DNA of 64,000 nucleotides. Source: an uncultured Bacilli bacterium (lineage in GTDB: Bacteria > Bacillota_I > Bacilli_A > RF39 > UBA660). The stretch is taken from NCBI GenBank assembly GCA_947591505.1, contig CANQDM010000001.1, forward strand, positions 25,316-89,315, in the 5' to 3' direction. The position numbers and the translations under genes are program-made. Below the pieces are notes generated by a model that was not told where the DNA came from, made no database searches, and saw only the letters and a program-made list of their open reading frames with translations. This document shows, piece by piece, positions 30,908-41,016 of the stretch. Numbering within the stretch: position 1 is the stretch's first letter; every line of letters begins with the position of its first letter.

Positions 30908-32539
30908 GATGTAGTAAACTAGATGTGGGAAAATAAATTTTTTCTAAAATAAAAGAGAAAACACTCAAAATTTTAAAAACAGTTATATAATTAAATTATC
31001 AAAAATAAATATACTGACCTTGATACGAACTCGAAGTTCAAAGGTTTTAAGGAGTTGTTTTCTCAATGAATATATTAACACTTTTTAATTCATTTGTTAA
31101 CCATTTATCAAATATTTTAGATAATAATTTATTCCTGCATGAATTAGAACATAATCTTTCTGATTCAACTAATTCTTTAAATCTTGATATTTTAAAACAA
31201 ATTTTGGAATATTTAGATTTAGAATATAAAAATTCTAAAGAAAGAAAGGAGAAGTATTATGTCCAGCAAACTAGAGAAAGAACTTTAATCACTTCCTTAG
31301 GTATTGTTACCTTTAATAAAACTTATTACAAATCTAAAAAGAAAATTAATGGTAAATACCAATATTATAGTTATTTAGAAGATTATATTGGCATTGATAA
31401 ATGGGCTAAACTTTCTTTATCTGCTGAAGTTGCTTTAATAAACAACGCTTTAGATAATGGGTGTTCTTGGGCTTCTAAAAATTCTATCCCTAATTATATT
31501 GTTTCCAGACAAACCATTTCTCAAAAAATTAAAAATATTAACTATAATTATGTCGAACCTCTTAAGAAAAGAAACACCCCTTCAACTATTTATATTGAAG
31601 CTGATGAAGTTCATGCCAATCTTCAATTTAAACATTCCAATTTCAAAAAGAATAAAATTGTTCCTGTTATTCTTACTCACGAAGGGCATCTTGAAGACTT
31701 TGCTAAGAAAAAACAACTTAAAAATACTCATTATATCGCTTCTTCTATTTTGAAAACTAATCTTCTTTGGAATGAAACATATAATTATCTTGATTCTATT
31801 TATAATCTTGACGAAGTTAATACTATATTTATTTCTGGTGATGGTGGTGCTTGGATTAAAGGTTATGATGAAGCTTTTCCTAATGCTATTTATGTCCTTG
31901 ATAAATTTCATTATCGTAAAGCTTTAAATTCTATCTTTAAAAGACAATCTCCTTTAACTGAAATTGCTGATGAATATCTTCACAGTAATATGATTGATGA
32001 ATTTAAAATCCTTGTTAAATCTCAAATTGAACTTTTCCCTGATCAAAAGGATTTATTTCTTAAAAATCAAAAATATCTTTTAAATAATATTGAAGGTATT
32101 ATTAATCAACATCATCCTTTATACAACTGTCCTTGTTCTATGGAAGGTCATATCTCTAACAAATATGCTAAATTTATTACTTCTAGACCTCATTCTTATT
32201 CTTCTGATGGTCTGGAAAATACTATTCAACTTCTTACTATGAAAGCTAACAACATTTCCCTTAATGAACAAATTTATCACAATTTTAAATATGGTTCCTC
32301 TTTTTACAAAAAACTTAATCTTCAAAAATTTATTTCTAATTTTAGATTACAATCTAATCACCATTTTGATAATCTTCAAAAATATAATATTGAACATTCC
32401 ATTGATAATTCTTCTTTCTCTCTAAAAGATAACTATCGACTTGATTATTTTCTTTCTAAAAGAAATTAAAAAAATACAAATTTAATTATATAACTTGTAT
32501 TTTTTCTCTTATTTTTTCCAACATTTACTTTACATCACC
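30908..32539 (+). mobile_element. insertion sequence, ISLre2/ISL3-like (1632 bp) with imperfect terminal IRs and a 9-bp direct repeat TGTTACCAA (30899-30907 / 32540-32548)
   Basis: Single 467-aa transposase ORF. Left end GATGTAGTAAACTAGATG compares with the reverse complement of the right end GGTGATGTAAAGTAAATG. Identical 9-bp flanking repeat. Confidence 0.5.
31066..32469 (+). CDS. DDE transposase (ISLre2/UPF0236- or ISL3-like)
   Basis: 467 aa with IYIEADEVH..., FISGDGGAWIKG, and AIYVLDKFHYRKALN (the D-x-FH block seen in ISL3/ISLre2 transposases). Confidence 0.5.
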   Translation: MNILTLFNSFVNHLSNILDNNLFLHELEHNLSDSTNSLNLDILKQILEYLDLEYKNSKERKEKYYVQQTRERTLITSLGIVTFNKTYYKSKKKINGKYQYYSYLEDYIGIDKWAKLSLSAEVALINNALDNGCSWASKNSIPNYIVSRQTISQKIKNINYNYVEPLKKRNTPSTIYIEADEVHANLQFKHSNFKKNKIVPVILTHEGHLEDFAKKKQLKNTHYIASSILKTNLLWNETYNYLDSIYNLDEVNTIFISGDGGAWIKGYDEAFPNAIYVLDKFHYRKALNSIFKRQSPLTEIADEYLHSNMIDEFKILVKSQIELFPDQKDLFLKNQKYLLNNIEGIINQHHPLYNCPCSMEGHISNKYAKFITSRPHSYSSDGLENTIQLLTMKANNISLNEQIYHNFKYGSSFYKKLNLQKFISNFRLQSNHHFDNLQKYNIEHSIDNSSFSLKDNYRLDYFLSKRN

Positions 32540-32613
32540 TGTTACCAAAAAGAAAGATTTCTCTCTAATGAATTAGATTGTATTATACTAGTGTTGATGA
32601 GAGAAACCTAACA

Positions 32614-33207
32614 TTAATTTTCTTGTTCACTATCACTATCTGGCAAAGTGCCATGAATTACTGTATATAGTTCATCTAAAGCACATTGAACATCAGTACA
32701 ATTAGTATATGATACTTCTGTACATTGATCACCAGTACAATTTGGCGGAATTTTTATAATATTATTATAAATTAATAAATCAGCAGATGGATAATCATAA
32801 TATAGTGTACAATATACTTCTTTGTTAGTTTTAATATTAACACCTATTTTCCCTCTAGATATAGCATTTGCTACAGCTTGACCATTTTTATCAATACAAT
32901 AGCTTTTGGTAAGATTTAAAGCATATCCTTTAGGAAAACTATTTTTGTCTTGCGCTATATGAGTATCACTTGCTTCTATTCCAGTATATGCTTTATAACC
33001 ACCTTTATCATCTGGAACCATTATGGCAAGCATACCTTTATTTTGCATTTCTCTCAATCTTACTTCAGGTAGGTTACTTATTTTATTTAATAATTTTGGC
33101 ACAAAAAGTACTGTTACAAATACAAGTAATAAAGCTACGATAATAGCTATTTCTTTTTTATTTAGTTTTTTTATTTCTTCTAATAATTTATTAATTTTCT
33201 TTTTCAT
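32614..33207 (-). CDS. hypothetical membrane-anchored, Cys-containing extracytoplasmic protein
   Basis: 197 aa. N-terminal TM IAIIVALLLVFVTVLFV. Confidence 0.4.
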   Translation of the reverse strand: MKKKINKLLEEIKKLNKKEIAIIVALLLVFVTVLFVPKLLNKISNLPEVRLREMQNKGMLAIMVPDDKGGYKAYTGIEASDTHIAQDKNSFPKGYALNLTKSYCIDKNGQAVANAISRGKIGVNIKTNKEVYCTLYYDYPSADLLIYNNIIKIPPNCTGDQCTEVSYTNCTDVQCALDELYTVIHGTLPDSDSEQEN

Positions 33208-33304
33208 CTACTAGTCTCTTTTCTACTATATATTCATTATAACATTAATTATGGTAATTTAATACATATTTTTAGCAAAAAAATAAGAGTTGTGTAAACC
33301 CTTA

Positions 33305-33853
33305 TTAATTTAAATCATAATTATATACACCATGTATCTTTAATAAATCATCTTCCGTAGGTTGTTCAACCACATATTTATCATCTTCTTTAGTTACTGT
33401 AAATATAATCGTATATTCAACTCTTTCAGTAGTATCTTTCATTTTATCTAGTTTATAATCCGTATATTTTTCGGGATCATATTCACCTTTATCATTATTA
33501 AACTCATCACGATTATTTTCTAAATATATGGAAGCATCATCTTGAGCTTTATATAAATCATATACTTCTATTTTAACTGTTACATAACTTACTTCATTAT
33601 CATATTCTTCTTCTAATATTTCATAAGATAAATCTTTATATTGTTTTTTTAAGATATCTCGATATTTTTCTTTTTGCTTTTCCGTTAAATCTTCTTTTTC
33701 GACTTGACTTTCTAAGTCTATTAAAACTTCACTATCTAGTGTTTTATATTGTTTTAAATAATTTTCGGTAGCCATTCTCGCATTACTTTCACCACAAGCA
33801 GTAAGTAATAAAATCATTAATAATAAAGGTAGTATTTTTTTCAAACTAATCAC
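33305..33853 (-). CDS. lipoprotein (hypothetical)
   Basis: Lipobox LLTACGE; acidic 182-aa protein. Confidence 0.5.
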   Translation of the reverse strand: MISLKKILPLLLMILLLTACGESNARMATENYLKQYKTLDSEVLIDLESQVEKEDLTEKQKEKYRDILKKQYKDLSYEILEEEYDNEVSYVTVKIEVYDLYKAQDDASIYLENNRDEFNNDKGEYDPEKYTDYKLDKMKDTTERVEYTIIFTVTKEDDKYVVEQPTEDDLLKIHGVYNYDLN

Positions 33854-33886
33854 ATCCTAACTTTATTATTAACTAACTAATTATTT

Positions 33887-34519
33887 TTATACATTATTAT
33901 AAGACATCTTAATTAAGTCATAAATATGATATTCCTTTTTAGTTAAATTACCATCTAACTTATGAAGCATTTTATTTTTCATTTCTATTACATTATCATT
34001 TAGTTCATTAAACCATTCTAAATAAATATATTTAAGTTTACTATAATTTTTATTTTTATAAATACTTTCTATTTCCGTTTTAATTAATTTTTTTACTTTT
34101 AACTCTTGTCTAGTATCTTTTAATATTTTATCTTTTTTGATTACTTCGTAATCTAGTTTACTAACAGATATATTATACATAAATTCATTAATACTAATTT
34201 CATCATCTAAAAATATACTGCTTTTACTAGTTACTATTCCTTCATCATTAAACTCTATTGCTATATTATTTTTGCCATCACTAAATATGGAGGCATATTT
34301 TAAAGTATTATTTTGTTTTAATTTTGTTTTATCCAAAATAGTTTTTAAAAATTCTTTCGTTACTTTAACAATATCAAAAAGTAAATGATGCATTGTTTTA
34401 CCATCAACATGAATAATAGGAATCTTTTTAATATATTCTACGGCATCATTTTCATCCCATTCATAAAACATATAAAAACTATCTTGAAAATTTAATAAAA
34501 TATCATAGTAATAATCCAT
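33887..34519 (-). CDS. hypothetical protein
   Basis: 210-aa ORF, no recognisable motif. Confidence 0.4.
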   Translation of the reverse strand: MDYYYDILLNFQDSFYMFYEWDENDAVEYIKKIPIIHVDGKTMHHLLFDIVKVTKEFLKTILDKTKLKQNNTLKYASIFSDGKNNIAIEFNDEGIVTSKSSIFLDDEISINEFMYNISVSKLDYEVIKKDKILKDTRQELKVKKLIKTEIESIYKNKNYSKLKYIYLEWFNELNDNVIEMKNKMLHKLDGNLTKKEYHIYDLIKMSYNNV

Positions 34520-34718
34520 TTTGTTTATTCCTTCCTAAAGATAAAATAATTAAAATTATACCAATAAAAAACAAATCGCAATAAATACTTCTAATAATAA
34601 AATAAACAAATTCGAAAAAACTATACCCTACAATTAACAAATTTAAGTAAAGAGTAATAAAAAATAAGCCAACTGTAGCTAAAATAAAACCAATCATAAA
34701 TAAACAAATATTAAACAT
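34503..34718 (-). CDS. small two-TM membrane protein (hypothetical)
   Basis: 71 aa, hydrophobic, overlaps the downstream gene start. Confidence 0.3.
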   Translation of the reverse strand: MFNICLFMIGFILATVGLFFITLYLNLLIVGYSFFEFVYFIIRSIYCDLFFIGIILIILSLGRNKQNGLLL

Positions 34719-34782
34719 ACTATCTATAATATTCTATTTCTATTTTAGAAAAAATATTATATAATTAATTAAGGTGATAACA

Positions 34783-35592
34783 ATGGATTATTTGAAATAT
34801 ATTATTTTAGGCTTTATTCAAGGTATAACGGAACCACTACCAATATCTTCTAGTGGACATATCTTTTTATTTAAAAATTTATTTAATACAGATATCTTTC
34901 AAAATTCCTTTAGTTTTGAAATAATATCTAACTTTGGTTCATTTTTGGCTATTCTATTTATTTTTAGAAAAGAAATAATAGAACTTATTAAAAATTTCTT
35001 TGGCTTTTTATTTAGTAAAAAGAATAAGGAAGAAAATAAAGAAGGTTTTATCTATATAATGAAATTAGTAGTATCTACTATTCCTGTAGGTATTGCCGGA
35101 TTTTTACTTAATGATTATTTAGAGAGTCATTTTAATTCTTTAAAAATTTTAGGTTTTACTTTTTTATTTACAGCTTTAATGCTTTATTTAGTCAGAAATA
35201 TTAATGGTAAAAAAACAAGTAAAGATATTACTTGGAAAGACGCCATTATTATTGGTTTATTTCAAATGGTTACCATAATACCTGGTATATCAAGAAGCGG
35301 CACCGTTTTAGTGGCTTGTTTAATTTGTAAGTTAAAAAGAGATGATGCCCTAAAATATACTTTCTTGTTATATTTTCCAGTAAGTGTTGGAACAATGCTT
35401 CTTAAAGTTCCTGATTTACTTGAAACTAGCACATCTCTATTATTACCATATCTAAGCGGTATGTTAGTGGCTTTAGTAATAACATATCTATCTTACAAAT
35501 GGCTTAGCAATATTGTTAAAAATGGTAAATTATGGCATTTCTCTATTTATTGTATGTGCCTTGCTTTATTTATCTTTATATATTTTAGATAA
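34783..35592 (+). CDS. uppP: undecaprenyl-diphosphate phosphatase
   Basis: ISRSGTVL motif plus SSGH motif. RBS AAGGTGA 5 nt before the ATG at 34783. The ORF track begins at GTG 34774. Confidence 0.85.
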   Translation: MDYLKYIILGFIQGITEPLPISSSGHIFLFKNLFNTDIFQNSFSFEIISNFGSFLAILFIFRKEIIELIKNFFGFLFSKKNKEENKEGFIYIMKLVVSTIPVGIAGFLLNDYLESHFNSLKILGFTFLFTALMLYLVRNINGKKTSKDITWKDAIIIGLFQMVTIIPGISRSGTVLVACLICKLKRDDALKYTFLLYFPVSVGTMLLKVPDLLETSTSLLLPYLSGMLVALVITYLSYKWLSNIVKNGKLWHFSIYCMCLALFIFIYFR

Positions 35593-35683
35593 TTATTTAA
35601 TATAAAAGATTGGCTTAAATACTAGTCAATCTTTTATATTAATTTTATATAGTTTAATACAAAAATAGGAGTCTCAATTAAAC

Positions 35684-37873
35684 TTAATTCTTTTTTCTTA
35701 ATGTTCTTTTTAAAGTGTTTTTATTGACATAATTTTGAAGAGGTAAAGAAAGGGAACCTTCATAATTTATATATACTTCATGCATAGCCCTTGTAATAGC
35801 AACATAAAGTAATTTTAAATCAATATTAGATAGACCATATGTAACATCATTACCATTAGCAATAATTACTGCATCAAATTCTAATCCTTTGGCTAAGTAA
35901 GAAGGAACTATGCATAATCCTCCTTTATATTCTGTATTTTGTTCAGTAATTAAAGCAATATCTAAACCATATTTTTGCAATTTGGTATAAATATCTTTTC
36001 CTGATTTTAAATCTTTTGTAATAATAGCTATAGTAAGATAATCTTTATCTAATAAGTGTTTAATTTCCATAATTAAAGTAGGAATACTATTATTTTTGGT
36101 AATTTCATTTATTTTTATTTCTTCTTTACTTCGAGCAATACATAGAGCTTCCATATATCCTAATTCTTTTAAAACTTCATTAGCTAAATCCGAAATTTCC
36201 GTAGTAATTCTATAACTTTTATTAAGAACTAATAAATTAGCTTCTTGATTAAAGACTAAATCATTTAAAACTTTCCAATTCTTAATAGATGTATAATCAT
36301 AAATAGATTGATTAATATCTCCAAAAACATCAAAATAGGATTTAGGAAAAATCTTTTTTAACACATAATATTGGGCCAAACTTAAATCTTGACCTTCATC
36401 AATAACTAGGTGTTGGTAGTTTTTGAATTTACCACTACCATTTAATAAAAAACTAATTAAAGCCAAAGGGGCCAAATCATCATAACTTACTTTTTTACCA
36501 TTAAGATTGCTATTTATTTCCTCTTTTAATTCTTGATTATTTAAATTATTTATAAATTCTTCATATAAAGTTAATGGTTTTATTTTTAAAAAGGAAAAAT
36601 ATTCTTTTAAAGTATTAGGACAACCTTTTTTTATTTCTTGACTCATCCTATCATGATATGCCAATATTTCTTTTCTTCTTTCACTATCCTTTGGCAAAGA
36701 TAAATACTCATCTCGATAACGAAGCCATAAATCATGAATTAAATCATCAGCATTATCTTTTATTTCCTTTGTTAAATTTTTAATAAAGATGCTGACTTTT
36801 TCATTATAGCTTAAAGATGTATTTAAAAATTTATTATAAATTATTTGTAATTTTTCTTTATTTACTAAAGTTAATCCTTCATAAGTAATATCTTTTTGTA
36901 AATGATGAATGACATAATTTTCAATATAATTTTCAAGTAAATGTAAAAATTCTAAAGAGTTTTTATACTTAATAATATTTAAATCACTTTTATTATTTAA
37001 AACATTTTCTAAAGTTACATTTCTACTAGTAAACCGTACATTACCAATTAAACTAGTAGCAATTTCTTCAAAAGTATACTCACATACATTTTTTATATCT
37101 AAATCAGGTAATAAGTCCGCAATAAAATTTAAAAAATATTTATTAGGACCAATAATCATAAATTCTTCATCTTTAATATTCCGTTCATTATTATATAAAA
37201 GATACGCTATTCGATGTAAAGCAACCGTTGTTTTACCTGAACCTGCCACTCCTTCAATAATATTATGTTCCATTAATGGTCTTCTAATAATTTGGTTTTG
37301 CTCTTTTTGAATAGTGGCAATAATGCTTTTTAATCTAGCATCTAAATTTTCTTCTAAATATTCAACTAAAATATTATCATCAGATAAAACATCTTCTTCT
37401 GCCACTTTTTTTAATATGCCATCTTTAATAATAATTTGTCTTTTACTTAAAATATCGCCCTTATATTTTTGATTGTTAAAATCATATTCGCATGGTCCAA
37501 TACTATAATCGTAATATAAAGAACATATAGGGCTACGCCAATCATAACAAATGCTTTCATTATCCGAAGAAGTAATAGATTTTTTACCAATATAAATTAA
37601 ATTAAATTCACCTGTATCTTTACTTTTAAATTCAAAACGGCCAAAATAAGGATTATTTAAAACACTTTTAAGTCTACTTACTTCAGTAGCATACATACTC
37701 ATTAAAGCTTGTCTATTAAATTGGGTTCCTCTTTGTCCCTCTTTAAAACCAATTTTAAAATTCTCTTGCTTTTTAAAATTTTCTTCTGCTATAGTAATTT
37801 TTTCTTGAATTAAAGAAATAACTTCTTTTAATTTTTTTTCTTCATATGCAAATATATCTTCATTCATAACCAT
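35684..37873 (-). CDS. helD: HelD-type (helicase IV-like) UvrD-family ATPase
   Basis: 729 aa. Walker A GVAGSGKTTVALHRIAYLLY; UvrD-like C-terminus. Confidence 0.75.
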   Translation of the reverse strand: MVMNEDIFAYEEKKLKEVISLIQEKITIAEENFKKQENFKIGFKEGQRGTQFNRQALMSMYATEVSRLKSVLNNPYFGRFEFKSKDTGEFNLIYIGKKSITSSDNESICYDWRSPICSLYYDYSIGPCEYDFNNQKYKGDILSKRQIIIKDGILKKVAEEDVLSDDNILVEYLEENLDARLKSIIATIQKEQNQIIRRPLMEHNIIEGVAGSGKTTVALHRIAYLLYNNERNIKDEEFMIIGPNKYFLNFIADLLPDLDIKNVCEYTFEEIATSLIGNVRFTSRNVTLENVLNNKSDLNIIKYKNSLEFLHLLENYIENYVIHHLQKDITYEGLTLVNKEKLQIIYNKFLNTSLSYNEKVSIFIKNLTKEIKDNADDLIHDLWLRYRDEYLSLPKDSERRKEILAYHDRMSQEIKKGCPNTLKEYFSFLKIKPLTLYEEFINNLNNQELKEEINSNLNGKKVSYDDLAPLALISFLLNGSGKFKNYQHLVIDEGQDLSLAQYYVLKKIFPKSYFDVFGDINQSIYDYTSIKNWKVLNDLVFNQEANLLVLNKSYRITTEISDLANEVLKELGYMEALCIARSKEEIKINEITKNNSIPTLIMEIKHLLDKDYLTIAIITKDLKSGKDIYTKLQKYGLDIALITEQNTEYKGGLCIVPSYLAKGLEFDAVIIANGNDVTYGLSNIDLKLLYVAITRAMHEVYINYEGSLSLPLQNYVNKNTLKRTLRKKN

Positions 37874-37886
37874 TCCCCCTCAATTA

Positions 37887-38504
37887 TTAATCTAGATATT
37901 TATTTATTTCTTCTAAATCTTCAATTGTTTCGATATCTTCTTCTTTTTTAGTAGTAAACAATAAAGAATGCCAACCATATAATCTTGGTTTTACATAATC
38001 ACTATTTAAATTATCCCCAATATGAATAAATTCAGCACTTTTACAGTTTAATTTCTTTTCAATTACGCGATAACTTTCCTCATCACTTTTTGTATAGCCC
38101 ATTTCATAAGAATAAAAAATATCATCGACAACATCTTTTAAACAATCAATACTTGTTTTTTGTAAATTACTCGTGTTAGAAAATAAAATTACTTTATATC
38201 CTCTTTTTTTAAAGTCTTTAATAACTTCTATATCATGAGAACTAACTTTTTCTTTGGAATCACAATATTTATTTTTAATAAACTCTACTATATCATTATT
38301 AGAAGTGATATCTAAATTAACACAAAATTTATTAACTAATTCTTCTAAAGAACCTTTTTGTTTTTGAAAAACATCTTTAAAACTTTTTCGAACTAAATCA
38401 AGATCTTTATTTACTAATTTGGCTAATTCTTTAATACTATGATCTTTATCATAATTACCTTTAAGTAAAGTTCCCCCTATATCAAGAGATATTACCTTTA
38501 TCAT
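37887..38504 (-). CDS. HAD-superfamily hydrolase
   Basis: Motif I LDIGGTL, motif II SNTSN, motif IV GDNLNSD. Confidence 0.7.
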   Translation of the reverse strand: MIKVISLDIGGTLLKGNYDKDHSIKELAKLVNKDLDLVRKSFKDVFQKQKGSLEELVNKFCVNLDITSNNDIVEFIKNKYCDSKEKVSSHDIEVIKDFKKRGYKVILFSNTSNLQKTSIDCLKDVVDDIFYSYEMGYTKSDEESYRVIEKKLNCKSAEFIHIGDNLNSDYVKPRLYGWHSLLFTTKKEEDIETIEDLEEINKYLD

Positions 38505-39021
38505 ATTCTTCCCATCCCTTTTTAATTACTTCGGTAATAAAATCATTTTTACCTTTAGTATATTTAGGTCTTTCGTCTTTATATAATTTAGCTAATTCTT
38601 TTTTTAAATCGGCATATTTTTGAATATATTCAGGATGTTCAATTAAATATTTTTTAAAGATTATTTGATCATAATATGTTTTACTACCTTTTTCTGTAAA
38701 ATGTAGATAATGAGTTCTTGCATCTTCTGGTCCTTTAGCAAAGAACATCCGATCTTCAACTCCTTGAGGGCCTCTATTTTCATAATCGTAATTTTTTAAA
38801 ATATCCTCTATTTTGGGAATATCTTTTAAACTTTTAATAACCACTAAAATATCAATAACTGGTTTAGCACATAAACCTTTAATAGATGTACTACCTACAT
38901 GATGAATTTCCAAAATGTAATCTTTCAAAACTTCTTTTAATAATTTTTCTTCTTGTTCATATTCTTGAGCCCAATTATCATCAAATGGAACTAATTCCAC
39001 AATTCCTCTTTTTAACGCCAT
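38482..39021 (-). CDS. GrpB family protein (nucleotidyltransferase-fold)
   Basis: HHVGSTSI...PVIDILV and overall ~180-aa GrpB pattern. Confidence 0.65.
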   Translation of the reverse strand: MALKRGIVELVPFDDNWAQEYEQEEKLLKEVLKDYILEIHHVGSTSIKGLCAKPVIDILVVIKSLKDIPKIEDILKNYDYENRGPQGVEDRMFFAKGPEDARTHYLHFTEKGSKTYYDQIIFKKYLIEHPEYIQKYADLKKELAKLYKDERPKYTKGKNDFITEVIKKGWEEYDKGNIS

Positions 39022-39066
39022 AAATAACCCTTCTTTCTAAAAAAATTATAACATGTTCCTCTTAAT

Positions 39067-39900
39067 TTAACAATTATTATGTCTTTCACCTATTTTTAAC
39101 TTTAATTTTTTATAAATTTCTCTATCATCTTCTAAACCAATTTTATCAGTCCTTGGATCGTGAAAATCTGATCCCTTAGTAATTAATAAATTATTTTTTA
39201 AACAAAAGAGAGCTAAATCATTAGAATAAGCTAAATTCATTTTTAAGTTCTCTACTTCAACTCCCATTAATCCTAAATCTTTCAAATCTAAAATTGTACT
39301 TTTTAAATCTTGAATAGATAAATTTAAAATATTGGGATGAGCAAGAATGCTTACACCTTTATACCGATTAATAAGTCTTATAACTTCTTGCGGTTTAATT
39401 TTTTTATTAGGAACATAATATTTTTGTCCTAGGCCAATTAAATTTTGATAAGCACTTAAAACATCCGAAACATAATGTTTATAAATCAAATATTTTACTA
39501 ATTTTCTTTTATCTAATATATTATAATTAAAATTATTTTCCGCTAAATATTTGATAACTTTATATTCACTGATATCATAACCATCATTTTGTAATAAATT
39601 AATAACTTTTAAGGTCACTAATTCATTTTGAAATTTAATCCTTTTTAAAAAATAATTTAATTCTTGAGGATTCAAAATACCATATCCTAAAATATGCATA
39701 TTGGTAACTGTTGTATTAAATTCAATACCATTAATTATCTCTATATCGCTATTATTTTCTTGAATTTCTGAAGAAGCAAAGTCATGATCTGTTATGGCAA
39801 TTGCAGAACAATTATTTTGTAAAGCCAATGATATCACTTCTTTATTAGATAAAGAACCATCAGAATTATTCGTATGTAAATGTAAATCAATTTTTCCCAT
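39067..39900 (-). CDS. PHP-domain phosphoesterase
   Basis: IDLHLHTNNSDGSLS N-terminus, with HD/His clusters downstream. Confidence 0.8.
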   Translation of the reverse strand: MGKIDLHLHTNNSDGSLSNKEVISLALQNNCSAIAITDHDFASSEIQENNSDIEIINGIEFNTTVTNMHILGYGILNPQELNYFLKRIKFQNELVTLKVINLLQNDGYDISEYKVIKYLAENNFNYNILDKRKLVKYLIYKHYVSDVLSAYQNLIGLGQKYYVPNKKIKPQEVIRLINRYKGVSILAHPNILNLSIQDLKSTILDLKDLGLMGVEVENLKMNLAYSNDLALFCLKNNLLITKGSDFHDPRTDKIGLEDDREIYKKLKLKIGERHNNC

Positions 39901-39918
39901 ATTTCCCCCTTTAGACTT

Positions 39919-41016
39919 CTATTCAATAATTTTCTTAAAGTCTTCTGAATCTATTTTAAAAAATTGACAATCTTCATAAAATTTTAAAGTACTATCATGA
40001 CTATCAGAGCCAATCGTTTTTAATAATTTTTTTTGCTCTAATAGATGATAAAAATTACTACGATCATTATAAGGACTACGAATATTTAATTCTAATCCTC
40101 TAATATGAGGATTTTCGGTAATTAATTTAGATACAACTGCTAATTTGTTTTCTGAAGGATGAGCAAAATAAGTAGGATAATATTTATTTAACTCATTAAT
40201 TTTTAGCTGCCCATAAGAATTAACTGATAAACTACCGCACTTTGGCATAGGCCACCAATCATCATCAACTTCTCTTACAGCTAACATTGAAAGTAAAAAT
40301 CTAACTTTGTATTGATTTTCAGGAATATCTAAATATTTTTCTCTTAATTCTTGATAACGCTTAGCTTTATATAATTTTCGATCCTCATAAATATCTATAG
40401 CATTATATTTTTCTAATAATTTTAAAATTTTAAAATTAGTAATCTTTTGCGGTTCAAATTTGGAAATAAGATAAGAACATATCGTATCATATTCTGGAAA
40501 CAAAGAAAATTCTTGTAAATATTTTAAATATTCTTCATAAGATATTTTTAAATTATTATTTTTTAAAACTTCTTGAATAGCTAAATTAGCTTCTAATCTT
40601 TGAAATTGAATTTTACTTCTATTAAATGAAGCATCATAATTGGTTTTAATATCTTTTTTTATTCTTTCATCTGCTGGATTAACAAATAATTGTAAGATAT
40701 GACATTGATTCCCGTATTCTCTATTATCAATCGTAAATTCTACCCCAGGAATTATTAAAGGATCAGTAAAATCTTTTTTTAATATTCCTTTTAATTCTTC
40801 ATAAGAATCTAGGGAATCATGATCTGTTATACTAATAACATCAAAGCCTTTTTTCTTAGTGGTTTTTAATATTTCTTTTATACTTTGCTTGCCATCGGCA
40901 CTATAATTAGAATGAATATGTAAATCAATTTGAAGTTCTTTCTTAGTTAAAGTAAGCTCTTTTAATTTTATTTTTAAATTTTTTAAATAAACATCCCAAA
41001 ATTCATAATCACTCAT
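39919..41016 (-). CDS. PHP-domain phosphoesterase (larger paralogue)
   Basis: IDLHIHSNYSADGKQS; ...ISITDHD.... Confidence 0.8.
   Translation of the reverse strand: MSDYEFWDVYLKNLKIKLKELTLTKKELQIDLHIHSNYSADGKQSIKEILKTTKKKGFDVISITDHDSLDSYEELKGILKKDFTDPLIIPGVEFTIDNREYGNQCHILQLFVNPADERIKKDIKTNYDASFNRSKIQFQRLEANLAIQEVLKNNNLKISYEEYLKYLQEFSLFPEYDTICSYLISKFEPQKITNFKILKLLEKYNAIDIYEDRKLYKAKRYQELREKYLDIPENQYKVRFLLSMLAVREVDDDWWPMPKCGSLSVNSYGQLKINELNKYYPTYFAHPSENKLAVVSKLITENPHIRGLELNIRSPYNDRSNFYHLLEQKKLLKTIGSDSHDSTLKFYEDCQFFKIDSEDFKKIIE

Noticed and set aside
30835-31065. Longer perfect terminal inverted repeats for the ISLre2-like element
   Set aside because: Only imperfect ~13/18 matching ends were found by eye. 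Boundaries are supported mainly by the 9-bp direct repeat, so the element is reported with moderate confidence only.
34774-34782. GTG 34774 as the uppP start
   Set aside because: The ATG at 34783 is preceded by AAGGTGA at ideal spacing. The GTG itself lies inside that RBS.
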